The notes under the pieces were generated by a model. The model had not been told where the DNA came from and searched no databases. It worked only from the letters and a program-made list of their open reading frames with translations. From a virus (taxonomy: Duplodnaviria > Caudoviricetes): a stretch of DNA of 26,060 nt. The translations under genes and the position numbers were made by a program. Location: positions 1 to 26,060 of IMG/VR virus record IMGVR_UViG_3300025110_000112; one strand, 5' to 3'. Positions 25,504 through 26,060 of the stretch are shown here, piece after piece. Every line of letters starts with the position of its first letter. Positions within the stretch are counted from its first letter, which is position 1.

Positions 25504-26059
25504 AGATTTACAAAAAATGTTTGTTGAGGATGCACCTCAACAAGTAAACGAATTAAATAATGTTGAGTCATTATCTAGCCATGTTTTAGAATTACAAAAG
25601 CTAGAAGATGAAATTAAAATTGAAGAAGAAAGATTATCTAGAAAAAAACAACAAGCGGATAAACTTTCACAACAAGTAATACCAGAAATTATGGACTCTA
25701 TGAAACTAAAAACTATGAAACTAAAAGATGGTTCTGCAATAGAGGTAAAAGAAATTTATAGCGCAACAATTCCTGTAGATAAAAAGGAAGGCGCATTTAA
25801 CTGGCTTCGAAATAACGACTTGGGTGATTTGATTAAGAATGAAATCACTGTTTCCTTTGGTCGAAACGAAGATAACAAGGCGAGCGAATACGCAAACCTT
25901 GCCGAGAGCAATGGGTACCAACCGGTTCAAAAGCTTAAAGTGGAACCCATGACTCTCAAAGCACTATTCAGAGAGCGAGTCGAAAAAGATTTAGACTTAC
26001 CTTCTGAACATTTTAATCTGTTTAAGGGAAACAAAACAAAAATAACAAGGAACAAATAA
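25496..26059 (+). CDS. Conserved phage replication-module protein with N-terminal coiled coil (187 aa; start revised from 25478)
   Basis: GAGG SD before ATG 25496; IPEIM...LKDGS...AFNWLRNNDLGDLIK...VEPMTLKA motifs. Confidence 0.7.
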   Translation: MSEDLQKMFVEDAPQQVNELNNVESLSSHVLELQKLEDEIKIEEERLSRKKQQADKLSQQVIPEIMDSMKLKTMKLKDGSAIEVKEIYSATIPVDKKEGAFNWLRNNDLGDLIKNEITVSFGRNEDNKASEYANLAESNGYQPVQKLKVEPMTLKALFRERVEKDLDLPSEHFNLFKGNKTKITRNK

Positions 26060-26060
26060 T

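Overview
AT-rich (roughly one-third GC by eye) segment of a tailed dsDNA phage genome with a short-tail (podovirus-like) layout. Gene content, order and composition resemble marine uncultured or Pelagibacter (SAR11)-type phages; the host is inferred, not shown. The + strand (1-23632) is one virion morphogenesis module: end of a scaffold-like gene, conserved head gene, minor head protein, Mu gpT-like/HK97-fold major capsid protein, two small overlapping accessory ORFs, further head proteins, two paralogous adaptor/tail-tubular-A-like genes, a 1176-aa repeat-rich tail fibre with two accessory genes, a nozzle-like protein, five putative internal/ejection proteins and a holin-like membrane protein. 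A convergent SNF2-family helicase and a divergent promoter region open the replication module. Best leads: (i) a promoter-proximal leader RNA at 2698-2776 with a 10-bp stem, two pseudoknot-type pairings and three junction GAC triplets, one pairing covering the ribosome-binding site; (ii) recurrent x-x-Gly-Gly motifs that delimit modules in the internal proteins, plus an N-terminus echoing that of the capsid protein; (iii) a Gly-linker/Cys-initiated basic C-terminal domain on a 901-aa acidic, repeat-expanded protein. All product calls come from motif recognition and synteny, without database searches.
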